This document shows, in pieces, positions 42,463 to 51,190 of a stretch of 64,000 bases of DNA. A model generated the notes under the pieces. The model was not told where the DNA came from, did not search any database, and saw nothing but the letters and a program-made list of their open reading frames with translations. Origin of the DNA: Acidiferrobacterales bacterium (GTDB taxonomy: Bacteria; Pseudomonadota; Gammaproteobacteria; Arenicellales; JAJDZL01); NCBI GenBank assembly GCA_028820695.1, contig JAPPIB010000050.1:217146-281145 (forward strand), given 5' to 3'. Position 1 is the first letter of the stretch. Each line of letters starts with the position of its first letter. The translations under genes were made by a program, and so were the position numbers.

Positions 42463-42888
42463 TCAGATTTCCCCAGGAAGGGCATATTCGACAGTTTCGT
42501 ACATCGGAAACATTGTTGAGTAACCAGGAACGGGTGTTTTTTCCAGCGACAGATGTGGAAAGATGTACATGATTATTGTCGGGTTCGGCAGCCGGGGAAA
42601 TCGAACCGATAACTCATCATAGACATCCCTTGCGTAGCCATCGAGATGCGATGGGCCATCAGGAATTGGATGCTGTAGTTGCCAGCCGGATTGTGCGCTC
42701 ATCTCATGTTGATCGTAAATTTCTTCGATTGTGCTTGCGTTGTCGGGAATCGGTGAACTGCCAGGAAATAATTTCGAACATGAAATTACACTCAGTATCA
42801 GACTAATCAATCCAACCGTTACGAGCGTTCGATGTCGGTACTTCATATCCAGGTTGAATAACTTTTCTTCCATTTGGCTCGTGATCAA
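42463..42888 (-). CDS. Conjugal transfer lipoprotein TIGR03751-like
   Basis: Lipobox VISC; RFPRLPNP.I.MYIFPHL, PVPGYST.FPMYE.V.YALPGE. Confidence 0.87.
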   Translation of the reverse strand: MITSQMEEKLFNLDMKYRHRTLVTVGLISLILSVISCSKLFPGSSPIPDNASTIEEIYDQHEMSAQSGWQLQHPIPDGPSHLDGYARDVYDELSVRFPRLPNPTIIMYIFPHLSLEKTPVPGYSTMFPMYETVEYALPGEI

Positions 42889-44104
42889 TCAGTATTGGTT
42901 CTTCCACGTGAATCGCCACTTTCTTGCCGGCCGGAACATAAATTGCGTCAAAGGAACTCAATTGTCTATCTTTCAGCCACTGAGAAATTTCGTCCAATGA
43001 TTCCTTTACGGCATAACTCGCGACGAATTTGTCGATGTCACCGACAACGGCTGTATTGGTTTCACCGGATTTGGGGTCGAAGCGGGATTCGGTTTGGGCA
43101 TTGGCAAGCGCGTCTGCGGACGCTTTTGTCGTGTCAATCAGCGTTGATTGAGTCAGATACTGCAATGCGTTCGACTTCAGTTCGCCCGCAATGCAAGGAT
43201 TGCCAAATTCATCGGAGATCCAGCCCAATCCGCCTTTGGAGTTTGATGATTCGGCACGATTTCGAGCAGTTTGAATGGAGCCGTCAAAAAAGATAAACGT
43301 TGCGGTATCCAAATTGCCTGACACACACGATAGCGCCAGGTCGCCTCGAGCTGTTCCCACCCAGATCATCCCAGCCAATTGTGGGATCCGATGTCCGTTC
43401 GCTGCCAAATTATCGGGTCCGACGATTATTTTGTATCTCCAAGGGTCCTGGATTTTCCCCTGAACCGGAATTCGTCCCACCAGTGCAGTCAGTGCGGTAG
43501 CGCCGAGCAGAGTCGTGGTGGGAGGAATTGTGTAATGTGGATTGGTTTCGGGAGGGGGCGATGAAGGCGAGTTCGTTGGCGGCGAGTTATCAGATATGGA
43601 TATGTCCCCTAAATTGTCTTCTATAAAACTCTGTTCGAGGTCAGTGGAGAAGTACCACACCAACTCTGAATCATGACTCCGCACAAAGTCAGTTTCTTCT
43701 TCGCGTATTTCCTCTCGCTGTTCGAGTTGCTGAATACGTGATGAGAGATGATCGACTGTTGCCGTCAATTGTGTGTCTGTAGCCGGTTGCCGGCTTTTTT
43801 CAATCGCATTTCTGATTTTTTCGTACTTCTCCTCAATTTCCGATATGAACGCGTCTCTCTCCTTACGACTCTCCAGATCTTGGTTTTCCATGGCCTGTTC
43901 AAGATTTGTAATTTTTGTTGCAACCGCCCTGACTTCTTCAGCGGCACTGTCACGATCAGCCATTTCAGAGTTCTCACGATCGTGTTCGCTGATCAATGCT
44001 TTGGAGGCCAGCTCATCCAGGGAATACTCACTCGATGAGCTGATCCACAAAATGACTCCGACAATCGAAGAACCCAATATCCATGCAGCAAGATGCAGCT
44101 TCAT
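42803..44104 (-). CDS. ICE protein TIGR03752-like (VirB10-like)
   Basis: ATALTALVGRIP, NLAANG, A.GDLALSCV.G, LGWISD.FG.PC, FDAIYVP.G. Confidence 0.87.
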   Translation of the reverse strand: MKLHLAAWILGSSIVGVILWISSSSEYSLDELASKALISEHDRENSEMADRDSAAEEVRAVATKITNLEQAMENQDLESRKERDAFISEIEEKYEKIRNAIEKSRQPATDTQLTATVDHLSSRIQQLEQREEIREEETDFVRSHDSELVWYFSTDLEQSFIEDNLGDISISDNSPPTNSPSSPPPETNPHYTIPPTTTLLGATALTALVGRIPVQGKIQDPWRYKIIVGPDNLAANGHRIPQLAGMIWVGTARGDLALSCVSGNLDTATFIFFDGSIQTARNRAESSNSKGGLGWISDEFGNPCIAGELKSNALQYLTQSTLIDTTKASADALANAQTESRFDPKSGETNTAVVGDIDKFVASYAVKESLDEISQWLKDRQLSSFDAIYVPAGKKVAIHVEEPILIDHEPNGRKVIQPGYEVPTSNARNGWID

Positions 44105-44898
44105 GGTGTTGGATTCTCGAATGGAAAGTCTGAAATCAGAACCAGCATCGTACTGTCACCATACTGACCGTTGGGATGCAGTCGTGTATGCAGGAATGCT
44201 GCGGTGCGCCAGGTTCCCCGCAATTCACGAGGATCCAACACAACGGATTCGGCTAGTTTGTTGGTGACATGCAAGGCGGTTATGAAATGCTGAGACGATT
44301 TCCAGCTTGCGAGTGGTACAGCGGTCACAGCTCCAGCACATGCTGTGGGGACTCTGTTTCCGCAATGAAATAGGTCTGCTGGCGTTTTGTCGAGAGAAAC
44401 TCTGACAACTCCCGGAAAGTCTTCGACGAGCCGTTCGGGCGCATAGAACTTTTGAACGACCCAGCGCGTCAGTGCTACGTACCCATGATTCGGTTGCGAT
44501 TGCGGGGGAGCCGAGGTGGTTTCTGTTACAAATTGCCTGATGACAATCGGCTGATCTGATGTTTCGGCATGGCGAGCCCGGACCTGCAAGATCAACCTGC
44601 CCACGTGCTCTGCAATCAGCACAATCCTCGTCGAGTCGAGTTCATCCAAAGCAGTGAGCCATAGATGATTTCCGATAACTTGTGGAATCAGCCGGTCATC
44701 AATGGAGTGAGGAATTCCGACGCGCAAGGACCCAGCATCTGGAATGTGGATATTTCTTTCTTTCCCGACCTGCAAGTCAATGTCGATCGGTTTTTCGTTC
44801 CATATGTAGGTAATGCTATCAGCACTGGATTTCGATATGAACACAACTAGGATTGCATTGACTGCCAGGACTTTGGCGATGACAACGAACGTGTTCAT
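44101..44898 (-). CDS. ICE protein TIGR03749/DUF3438-like
   Basis: L.VGKER, RVGIP, VALTRW..Q.FYAP.RL, LDPRELRG. Confidence 0.85.
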   Translation of the reverse strand: MNTFVVIAKVLAVNAILVVFISKSSADSITYIWNEKPIDIDLQVGKERNIHIPDAGSLRVGIPHSIDDRLIPQVIGNHLWLTALDELDSTRIVLIAEHVGRLILQVRARHAETSDQPIVIRQFVTETTSAPPQSQPNHGYVALTRWVVQKFYAPERLVEDFPGVVRVSLDKTPADLFHCGNRVPTACAGAVTAVPLASWKSSQHFITALHVTNKLAESVVLDPRELRGTWRTAAFLHTRLHPNGQYGDSTMLVLISDFPFENPTP

Positions 44899-45512
44899 GT
44901 CTGTCCGATCGAAATCCGTTCAGGCATTCTGGGCATGGTATCCAACAACAGTCCCCATGGATTGAATTCCGGGTCAACATGTTTTTTTACAACTCGAAGA
45001 TGGTAACGGATGTGAACATGCTTGACTGGAACCCCGCCAATGTCTTCATGCAGCTCAACCTCCATGGATACCATCCAACTGTCAACTCCGTCCTGCGTAA
45101 CTGAGCCATTGAAGTCCGCCTCGCGTAGCGGCAGGAGATAACGGGTTCTACCGAGAGTTTCAGTTGATCTCTTCTCGCTGTCGTGTTTCAGCCAAGCTTT
45201 GAATGCAGGCGTAATGAATGCGCTCAATCGGTCAAGATTCTTGGGGTAGTCCTCAAAGCAGTCGATAGGGCATCGATTCAGTTGCTGCCATATGTAACCG
45301 GCAAAATTGTAGACTTCCCATGGATGGATTCGGTTGAGCAGGATCTGACTTCCGTAGCGCAAATCCGGGGGCAGGCTGACGCGCTGAACGCGGTTCGCAT
45401 AATGCCAGCCGAACATTGACACAACCAGACTGGCAGCAAGAATCCCTGAAATCAGCCGGAGCGACTTTATGTGGCTGTGGAGGTTTGAGTCTGCATGCAG
45501 ATAGCGGGGCAT
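44895..45512 (-). CDS. ICE protein TIGR03746/DUF2895-like
   Basis: HIKSLR, PPDLRYGS, VYNFAGYIWQQLNR, VDPEFNPWGL. Confidence 0.87.
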   Translation of the reverse strand: MPRYLHADSNLHSHIKSLRLISGILAASLVVSMFGWHYANRVQRVSLPPDLRYGSQILLNRIHPWEVYNFAGYIWQQLNRCPIDCFEDYPKNLDRLSAFITPAFKAWLKHDSEKRSTETLGRTRYLLPLREADFNGSVTQDGVDSWMVSMEVELHEDIGGVPVKHVHIRYHLRVVKKHVDPEFNPWGLLLDTMPRMPERISIGQT

Positions 45513-45515
45513 GAT

Positions 45516-45869
45516 TCAAGCTTCGCGGACAGAACACCAACGGCCGGATTTATAGACGAGATTCGACGACAAAACAGGATGAATGGAGCAGTAGAAGAGT
45601 CTGGTGTGCCACCCTTCGGGCTTGCCGCGTTTCATAAATTCCAATGAGTAAGCGATACACGAGACAGCGAGCAGAGTCCAAGACACGAAAAACGCGAACG
45701 AAACAAACAGGGCATGCAAACCATCCATCAGACTGAATCCGACTATCAGTGAGACAGGCAGACAGACTCCGCTGGTGGTCAGGGTTATTGAAAACAGCTC
45801 ACTCGCCCCGCATCCCTTATATAAACGCGTTTCGTAGTCCAATTGTGAGCAAGGAGTGAGCGCAGTCAT
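45516..45869 (-). CDS. Conjugal transfer protein TIGR03750/DUF3487-like; start inferred from ATGA overlap
   Basis: Two TM helices and KRGKPEGW motif; operon position. Confidence 0.8.
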   Translation of the reverse strand: MTALTPCSQLDYETRLYKGCGASELFSITLTTSGVCLPVSLIVGFSLMDGLHALFVSFAFFVSWTLLAVSCIAYSLEFMKRGKPEGWHTRLFYCSIHPVLSSNLVYKSGRWCSVREA

Positions 45870-46279
45870 ACGGTCAGCATCGCACTTAATCTTTCCGACC
45901 CCCACCATGCGCCGAAAATCACCACAAGAATGACCAGCAGTCCCGCTGCGAAGTAGATCGAAAATCGCCCCCATTCACCTTTTTTCCTTGCTTCATTCAC
46001 TTCTGCAATCAAGCCGCTTGAAAATCCAATCAGTGCGAAAACGACTATGATTGTCAATCCAAGAAATATCACGAATTGAATGCTGCCGACCAAATAGCCA
46101 ATCGGATCGCTTGCATTGAAACTCTGTGAACCGACATTCGGCGGAGGTGGCAGCACGGTTTTTGCCGAACACCAATTCCAAATTGCCAAACTGGCAACTG
46201 AGACAGTCAGTACCAAGCTAGTTCTCAGAGATTGAATCTTCCTGGATTTGAACGTTATCTTCATCTTAGATAAATGCAA
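45866..46279 (-). CDS. ICE membrane protein TIGR03745/DUF2976-like (putative MPF_G pilin)
   Basis: Signal, two TM helices flanking E....GEWG.F; operon position. Confidence 0.7.
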   Translation of the reverse strand: MHLSKMKITFKSRKIQSLRTSLVLTVSVASLAIWNWCSAKTVLPPPPNVGSQSFNASDPIGYLVGSIQFVIFLGLTIIVVFALIGFSSGLIAEVNEARKKGEWGRFSIYFAAGLLVILVVIFGAWWGSERLSAMLTV

Positions 46280-46487
46280 TTACGGTGAGAATCGTCAAGA
46301 TGGTCGCAAGTGCTCTGAAACACTCGAACACCAGTTCGACGAAACTGATCTGATTGCTTTGCAGTTGCCCAAGAGTTGAATTGACGACCCAAATCCACCA
46401 TGCAATCGAAGTCGACGCGACAACAGATACGATGATTGTCCTCAGGATTTCCAGACTGTCTGTGGAATAGATCGATAAATTGCCCAT
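46266..46487 (-). CDS. Small ICE membrane protein TIGR03758/DUF3262-like
   Basis: 73 aa, two TM helices, WWIW and FRAL; position after RAQPRD. Confidence 0.65.
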   Translation of the reverse strand: MGNLSIYSTDSLEILRTIIVSVVASTSIAWWIWVVNSTLGQLQSNQISFVELVFECFRALATILTILTVIAFI

Positions 46488-46490
46488 GCC

Positions 46491-46883
46491 CTATCTTCCA
46501 TATTTTCCGGGTATCGGCTCAATTGCTCGTGGTTGGTAATCCGGCACCAGCAGATGTGTTCGGATTCCGTGGGTTACAGCGGACAGATCCAGCCGCAGCT
46601 GCTGATAATCAAAGCGAATTCGCGAATCGTCTTGCGCATGGAATTCCGCCTCGTCAATCAGCGCGTTCAGTTCTTCCAGATACCTGGCCACGCGGGTCAG
46701 CACGTGTTTCTCATTTGAGTTTGTCTGCCGGACAATGGATGAATTCGATTTTGCCACGGTGGTGGGAGGGCTATGAGTGAATTGTCGGTTCATTGACGGT
46801 TCTGAAGTCGGATTTGTGGAACAACTCCCCAGGAGTAGGCAAAGACAAATTAAAACAGTAAGTCTGGGACCAAAATTGAACAT
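46491..46883 (-). CDS. RAQPRD-family ICE protein
   Basis: RIRFDYQQLRLDL..V..GI..HL..P.YQPR. Confidence 0.82.
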   Translation of the reverse strand: MFNFGPRLTVLICLCLLLGSCSTNPTSEPSMNRQFTHSPPTTVAKSNSSIVRQTNSNEKHVLTRVARYLEELNALIDEAEFHAQDDSRIRFDYQQLRLDLSAVTHGIRTHLLVPDYQPRAIEPIPGKYGR

Positions 46884-47000
46884 GGTCTGACTTATAGATG
46901 AGTTGTTTTTGATTGCTGATAAATAATCCGTATTCCGGATGATAGGATTAAATTGTCTCGACTGTCACGCAACCGTGATGGGTACGGTGATGGAGGTTCG

Positions 47001-47660
47001 TCAGTCGAGCTGGTAGATTCCCATAGATAAGTGCTGGTGGCGATGTCGGGCACTTTGCACTCTGACAGTTCGCGACTGGATTTTCCCCTGGGGAATTTTA
47101 TTGGCGGAAATCCATTGTTTTACTTGGGCGCTTGAGAGGGTCTCACGAATCAGAATGTCTAGTCTTCCACCTTTGTTTACATGATCCATTGCCCGAATGA
47201 AATTTGACTTGCACAAGTCATCGATGCATTGATAGGGTGTCACGAGCAGCAGTCGATCGCTGGAGGAGTTCCTCCGTTCAACTTCGTGTTTCATGGCAAC
47301 AGCATACGCGCGTTCGAATTTCGTGACGGCATCCATGACTTCAAGTTGACGCTTGGCGAAAAGAGCGGCATAGTGGTTTCGCCGCTCGTCGGTATCTGCG
47401 AATATACCGAGCCATTCCAAGGGCGTGATATCGTTCGAGAGCATTCCTTGGTTGATGCGTTTCAATCGACTTAATGTGTCAGTCTCTTCGACTGTCAGGT
47501 TCCAGTCTTTCGAGGTCTGCAGTTCCGCGTCCATCAGCGGTACTTTAACTTCTTCGAAGTATTGGTTGGTTTGAGCTGCCACCGCTGCCATGCACAGTGC
47601 GCCTGCAAATAAAACAGCGAGTTTTGACGTGTTGAATCGTGAGAAAGTGGTTTGCATCAT
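47001..47660 (-). CDS. ICE protein TIGR03759-like
   Basis: WNLT.EE, TPLEWLGI.A.T..ER..YA, FERAY, C-x4-C, IP..KI.SRT. Confidence 0.78.
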   Translation of the reverse strand: MMQTTFSRFNTSKLAVLFAGALCMAAVAAQTNQYFEEVKVPLMDAELQTSKDWNLTVEETDTLSRLKRINQGMLSNDITPLEWLGIFADTDERRNHYAALFAKRQLEVMDAVTKFERAYAVAMKHEVERRNSSSDRLLLVTPYQCIDDLCKSNFIRAMDHVNKGGRLDILIRETLSSAQVKQWISANKIPQGKIQSRTVRVQSARHRHQHLSMGIYQLD

Positions 47661-47673
47661 TCAGCACCGCGAG

Positions 47674-48456
47674 TTAATTGACTTTGAGAATGGCTTGTGT
47701 TCCTGAGTCAGAGTGAAATTCTGCAGAAGCGGTCGATGGATTGATTTTCAACAACTTCCAGCCCGCACGACTGTCCTCTGGTTGAATCATGGTGATTCGA
47801 CCGTCCAACTCGATAACTGCATTCCATTGATTTTCCCAACGATCGACGGCGATTAGGTTAAAAGGTGGTCGGGAATCAGCCACTTTTTCGCTGTCCGTGT
47901 TGTTTACTTCAAGGGTGTCTGCGAACTCTCGCAAGGCGTTTTCGATCGCCATCATGCGAGTTTCCAGAGCATTTATGGTTTTCCCCTGACCGGACACCAA
48001 GGATTCGATACTCGGCTTTAGTTCGATCAGTGAGTCAATTCGATCATCGAAGTAAACCAATGCATCCCTGGTCTGTCGTTGTTCGTAGGGAATCTCAGAG
48101 AGAAGTTTCTGAAGTTCAGGATTGACTATAGGTTCAGGCTGAGGGGGTTGTAAAGGTACTGGTGTAGTGGAATTCTGCGGAGATTCTTGTTGCAATGTAC
48201 TGACCGACGTTTGCGAATCGCTTGTGGGGGTGTCCGCATCGACAATCTCCCTGACTGATGCCGATGGCTGTGAAGGCAGCGGTTCTGTGAAAAAAAGCCT
48301 GTAAGCGAGAGTGCAAGTTGCCAAGACTGCAATGATCACGGTCGAAATGACAACCATACGCCTGACGATGCCTTTAAGAGACATGCCTGTCTTGCCTTTT
48401 GCTGGTGCGAGTTCGGAGTTCTGGTTTTCTTTCTCGACTGTGAATTTTTCACTCAT
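47674..48456 (-). CDS. ICE membrane-anchored coiled-coil protein usually preceding TIGR03759
   Basis: TM helix, Pro-rich linker, coiled coil, C-terminal PPF.LIAVD...GWKL domain. Confidence 0.65.
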   Translation of the reverse strand: MSEKFTVEKENQNSELAPAKGKTGMSLKGIVRRMVVISTVIIAVLATCTLAYRLFFTEPLPSQPSASVREIVDADTPTSDSQTSVSTLQQESPQNSTTPVPLQPPQPEPIVNPELQKLLSEIPYEQRQTRDALVYFDDRIDSLIELKPSIESLVSGQGKTINALETRMMAIENALREFADTLEVNNTDSEKVADSRPPFNLIAVDRWENQWNAVIELDGRITMIQPEDSRAGWKLLKINPSTASAEFHSDSGTQAILKVN

Positions 48457-48592
48457 GACGCCAACATGGATGCGAAGTCAACTGGACTTGACAACAGGAA
48501 ATGTGTCTTTGCGTTTGCATGTTCCGACCGTCGGGTACGCAAAGCGTCGTGATCTGGTTGTGACGATGACCGGCCAAAACTCAGTTCCAACA

Positions 48593-49045
48593 TCACCAAT
48601 TTCGAAACTGTAAGCCGTGAAAAACAAACAGGACCAATGCGCTTATCCCCAGTCCAACCCCCAGTGGTTTGTTGGTTCTGGCGGGGTAAAACACCAGTGT
48701 GATCGCAGCGCTGGCTGTTAGGAGAAAAGGCAATGATCGCCAGCCGAACCATGCGCACAGTCCAGCCAGGTATTTTGCGTCGCCCAAACCGATTCCTGCT
48801 GCCCCGTAACGTGAAATCTGAAATCCATGCAATAATCTGATCAATGAATATCCGATCGTTGAGCCCAGCGCGGACTCATACAGTGGTACGAATGTCGAAT
48901 TGACGTTACAAAGCAAACCGAGAAATAGAAACGGAATGGTAAGATTGTCCGGAAGACGATTGGTTTTGTGATCGATGATGGAAGCACTGAAAACAATTGC
49001 AAAGAACATAAAGATCGAAGTCATCTGAACCAATTGATACGTCAT
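48593..49045 (-). CDS. Prepilin peptidase A24 (PilU/TadV-like, peptidase domain only)
   Basis: IID...RLPD and GIGLGDAK aspartate motifs; 150 aa. Confidence 0.88.
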   Translation of the reverse strand: MTYQLVQMTSIFMFFAIVFSASIIDHKTNRLPDNLTIPFLFLGLLCNVNSTFVPLYESALGSTIGYSLIRLLHGFQISRYGAAGIGLGDAKYLAGLCAWFGWRSLPFLLTASAAITLVFYPARTNKPLGVGLGISALVLFVFHGLQFRNW

Positions 49046-49110
49046 ATCGATTCGACTTTGTATCTGATCGGTGAAACGTGATTGGATGATGCGAGCACGC
49101 AGTCAAATGC

Positions 49111-50541
49111 TCACCGGCAACCACTTGGACTCGGTAATCTACAACGGCATCCTCCATAGAAATACAGGGAATACGTCGTGCAACTGGAACTCGATGAAGT
49201 ACTGAAGCTGTAGGATACGGGATTACCGCTCCAAGCCGGGCCCCGTCGGATTGTTCCGCGAACTGTATCGCCACAGCGGTCCACTCCGCTGCAGTTGGTC
49301 CCGTAACTGCAGTTTCCATTTGCCGTTCGGCTATCGTAGTAGGTGCCATAGCCGGCTGCCCTCAGTGCCGAAATCCTATCCTCCATCGATGGTGTGCAAA
49401 TTGTAGATGTTGATGGAGCGTTATTTTCAAGTGACTGGATTCTGCTGGAATTGTCATCAATTTTTGTGGCATTGGTTCCAATTTTTGCCTGATTGGTGTC
49501 AATGTTGTTCTTGTTGTCAGTGATTGCACTGTCTAAACGCGTGATTTCAGCCGCATGCCTTGAAATTGTTGTTTCGTTCGCAGAAACCCGAGAAGCCAGA
49601 CTCAGGATTTCTCCATCAATTCGCAGGATATCCGAAGATTGATCAAATTTATTGAATCCATCCCCCATGACACCGTTGACAGGGTCAACCGTCAAAGAAT
49701 CAAATTGCGCGGAGTCGGACTCAAGGTCGGGCGCCTTGAGTTTCCCGGAAGCAACTAAAGTTCCGGTGGTCGTTGCCACTTCCACATCCCCAGGACCGGC
49801 AAATGAAAGTCCGTTGCCGTTTTTGGACAATGTCATGCCATTATCGAATCTAACTCCACCTGACATTTCGTTTGTCCCGTCAAGACGCAAGAAGGGAACA
49901 TCATTCAGCCTTGCTCCGACATGCGCTTCCAGACGCGCAAGATTATCGATCTCACTCTGATCAAAATCGGCATCTGTTTGATCGAATTTGACACCGTCAA
50001 TATCTTCCCTGACAAACTTCAATTCAAAAAAATCGAGCACACCGGCGCCGGTCTCTTCAGATGCTGTATCCAAAGCAATCGCTGCCAGGTCCGGCCGAGA
50101 ATCCGGCAAGTCATCATTATTGTTGTCGTTTCCCGAACGAATCACCCCGAAGTCGATGGTACCGGACGCACCTGTCCCGGTTACGCTGACTTCGATTCCG
50201 AGATTGCCGAAATTGACTCGCTCCCCGGCGGAGTTGAAGGCAAGTTTTACTGGTGATTGGGCGTCGAAGCCACACGAAAGGTATCTCACTCCATCCGGGT
50301 CACCGCAATCTTGCAGGCTGGTGATGTCAAAATCACCGCTTGCTGCAGGAGGATTTTCCGCAATCCATGCTGAAGCAGCGCGCGAATATGCTGCGATGGC
50401 ACGTCCAGCCGCTTTGGCGCTGTCTATTTCCATATCATTCAATCGTCCCTGTGCCCACAATGTAATCCCGACGATGCCTATGGTGAGCACGATCAGGGCT
50501 TCGGCAATGGAAATGGCACCGGATTCATCATGCTTTTGCAT
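49111..50541 (-). CDS. PilV-like minor pilin/tip adhesin; start inferred
   Basis: Prepilin-like N-terminus ESGAISIAEALIVL, follows major pilin, coiled-coil stalk and Cys-rich C-terminus. Confidence 0.75.
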   Translation of the reverse strand: MQKHDESGAISIAEALIVLTIGIVGITLWAQGRLNDMEIDSAKAAGRAIAAYSRAASAWIAENPPAASGDFDITSLQDCGDPDGVRYLSCGFDAQSPVKLAFNSAGERVNFGNLGIEVSVTGTGASGTIDFGVIRSGNDNNNDDLPDSRPDLAAIALDTASEETGAGVLDFFELKFVREDIDGVKFDQTDADFDQSEIDNLARLEAHVGARLNDVPFLRLDGTNEMSGGVRFDNGMTLSKNGNGLSFAGPGDVEVATTTGTLVASGKLKAPDLESDSAQFDSLTVDPVNGVMGDGFNKFDQSSDILRIDGEILSLASRVSANETTISRHAAEITRLDSAITDNKNNIDTNQAKIGTNATKIDDNSSRIQSLENNAPSTSTICTPSMEDRISALRAAGYGTYYDSRTANGNCSYGTNCSGVDRCGDTVRGTIRRGPAWSGNPVSYSFSTSSSSSCTTYSLYFYGGCRCRLPSPSGCR

Positions 50542-50579
50542 GACGTTGCCAGCGGAGCGCACCTGTTGAGTCTTTCTGA

Positions 50580-51164
50580 TCACCCTTTGAATGTCCAGAC
50601 AATGTCGTTCGGTGGAGTGGCGTTGCAAAGCGCAGCAATATCCGCGGCCTGACCTTCGTCGTTTGGTGTTGAGGTGTCATCTGTAGCCGACAGATTCACT
50701 TCAGTTCCACCTATGTTGACTTGTTCGACAAGATCGATAGTGGTGGTTGCGATCGACGTGCAGCCGTCCGATGGCATCTCTTTAAACGTTACGGTAAATT
50801 CGCCTGTTGTGGCGACCGGAGCCACATCGATCTCGCCTCCCCAAGGATGTTTCACAGAATTTCCGGATATGAAATTTGGCGGAAAGCCGGAAAGATTCTT
50901 TACCAGTTCAATCGTCAATCCCGTGAAGTCACTTCTGGCACTGAAGGTGCTCCGTACCGAGACAGCAATCTGGGTGAGTCCGCTGACTGCGGCTGACGAA
51001 TTGCGGGCGTTGACCAATGCGGGTATGCCGGCAAATACCACTGCGAGTACTGTTGCGCCTACACCGAGAGCGATAAGGGTTTCCGCTACCGTAACTGCGC
51101 CTTTCTCCTTGTTTTCTTCGGTTTGCTTCAGTGCGCTGAATTTGGTTAATAGAATTGAGATCAT
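50580..51164 (-). CDS. Type IVb major pilin PilS-like; start inferred from RBS
   Basis: Long basic leader ending KEKG, hydrophobic helix, HPWGG, C-terminal Cys pair (GCTS, LCN). Confidence 0.85.
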   Translation of the reverse strand: MISILLTKFSALKQTEENKEKGAVTVAETLIALGVGATVLAVVFAGIPALVNARNSSAAVSGLTQIAVSVRSTFSARSDFTGLTIELVKNLSGFPPNFISGNSVKHPWGGEIDVAPVATTGEFTVTFKEMPSDGCTSIATTTIDLVEQVNIGGTEVNLSATDDTSTPNDEGQAADIAALCNATPPNDIVWTFKG

Positions 51165-51190
51165 GATTGGATTCCTCTTGATTGAAGTGA

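Noticed and set aside
49111..49400. Shufflon at the pilV 3' end
   Set aside because: No repeated sfx-like sites, no alternative C-terminal cassettes and no adjacent Rci; the local ctgcagtt/aactgcag repeat comes from repeated NCS codons.
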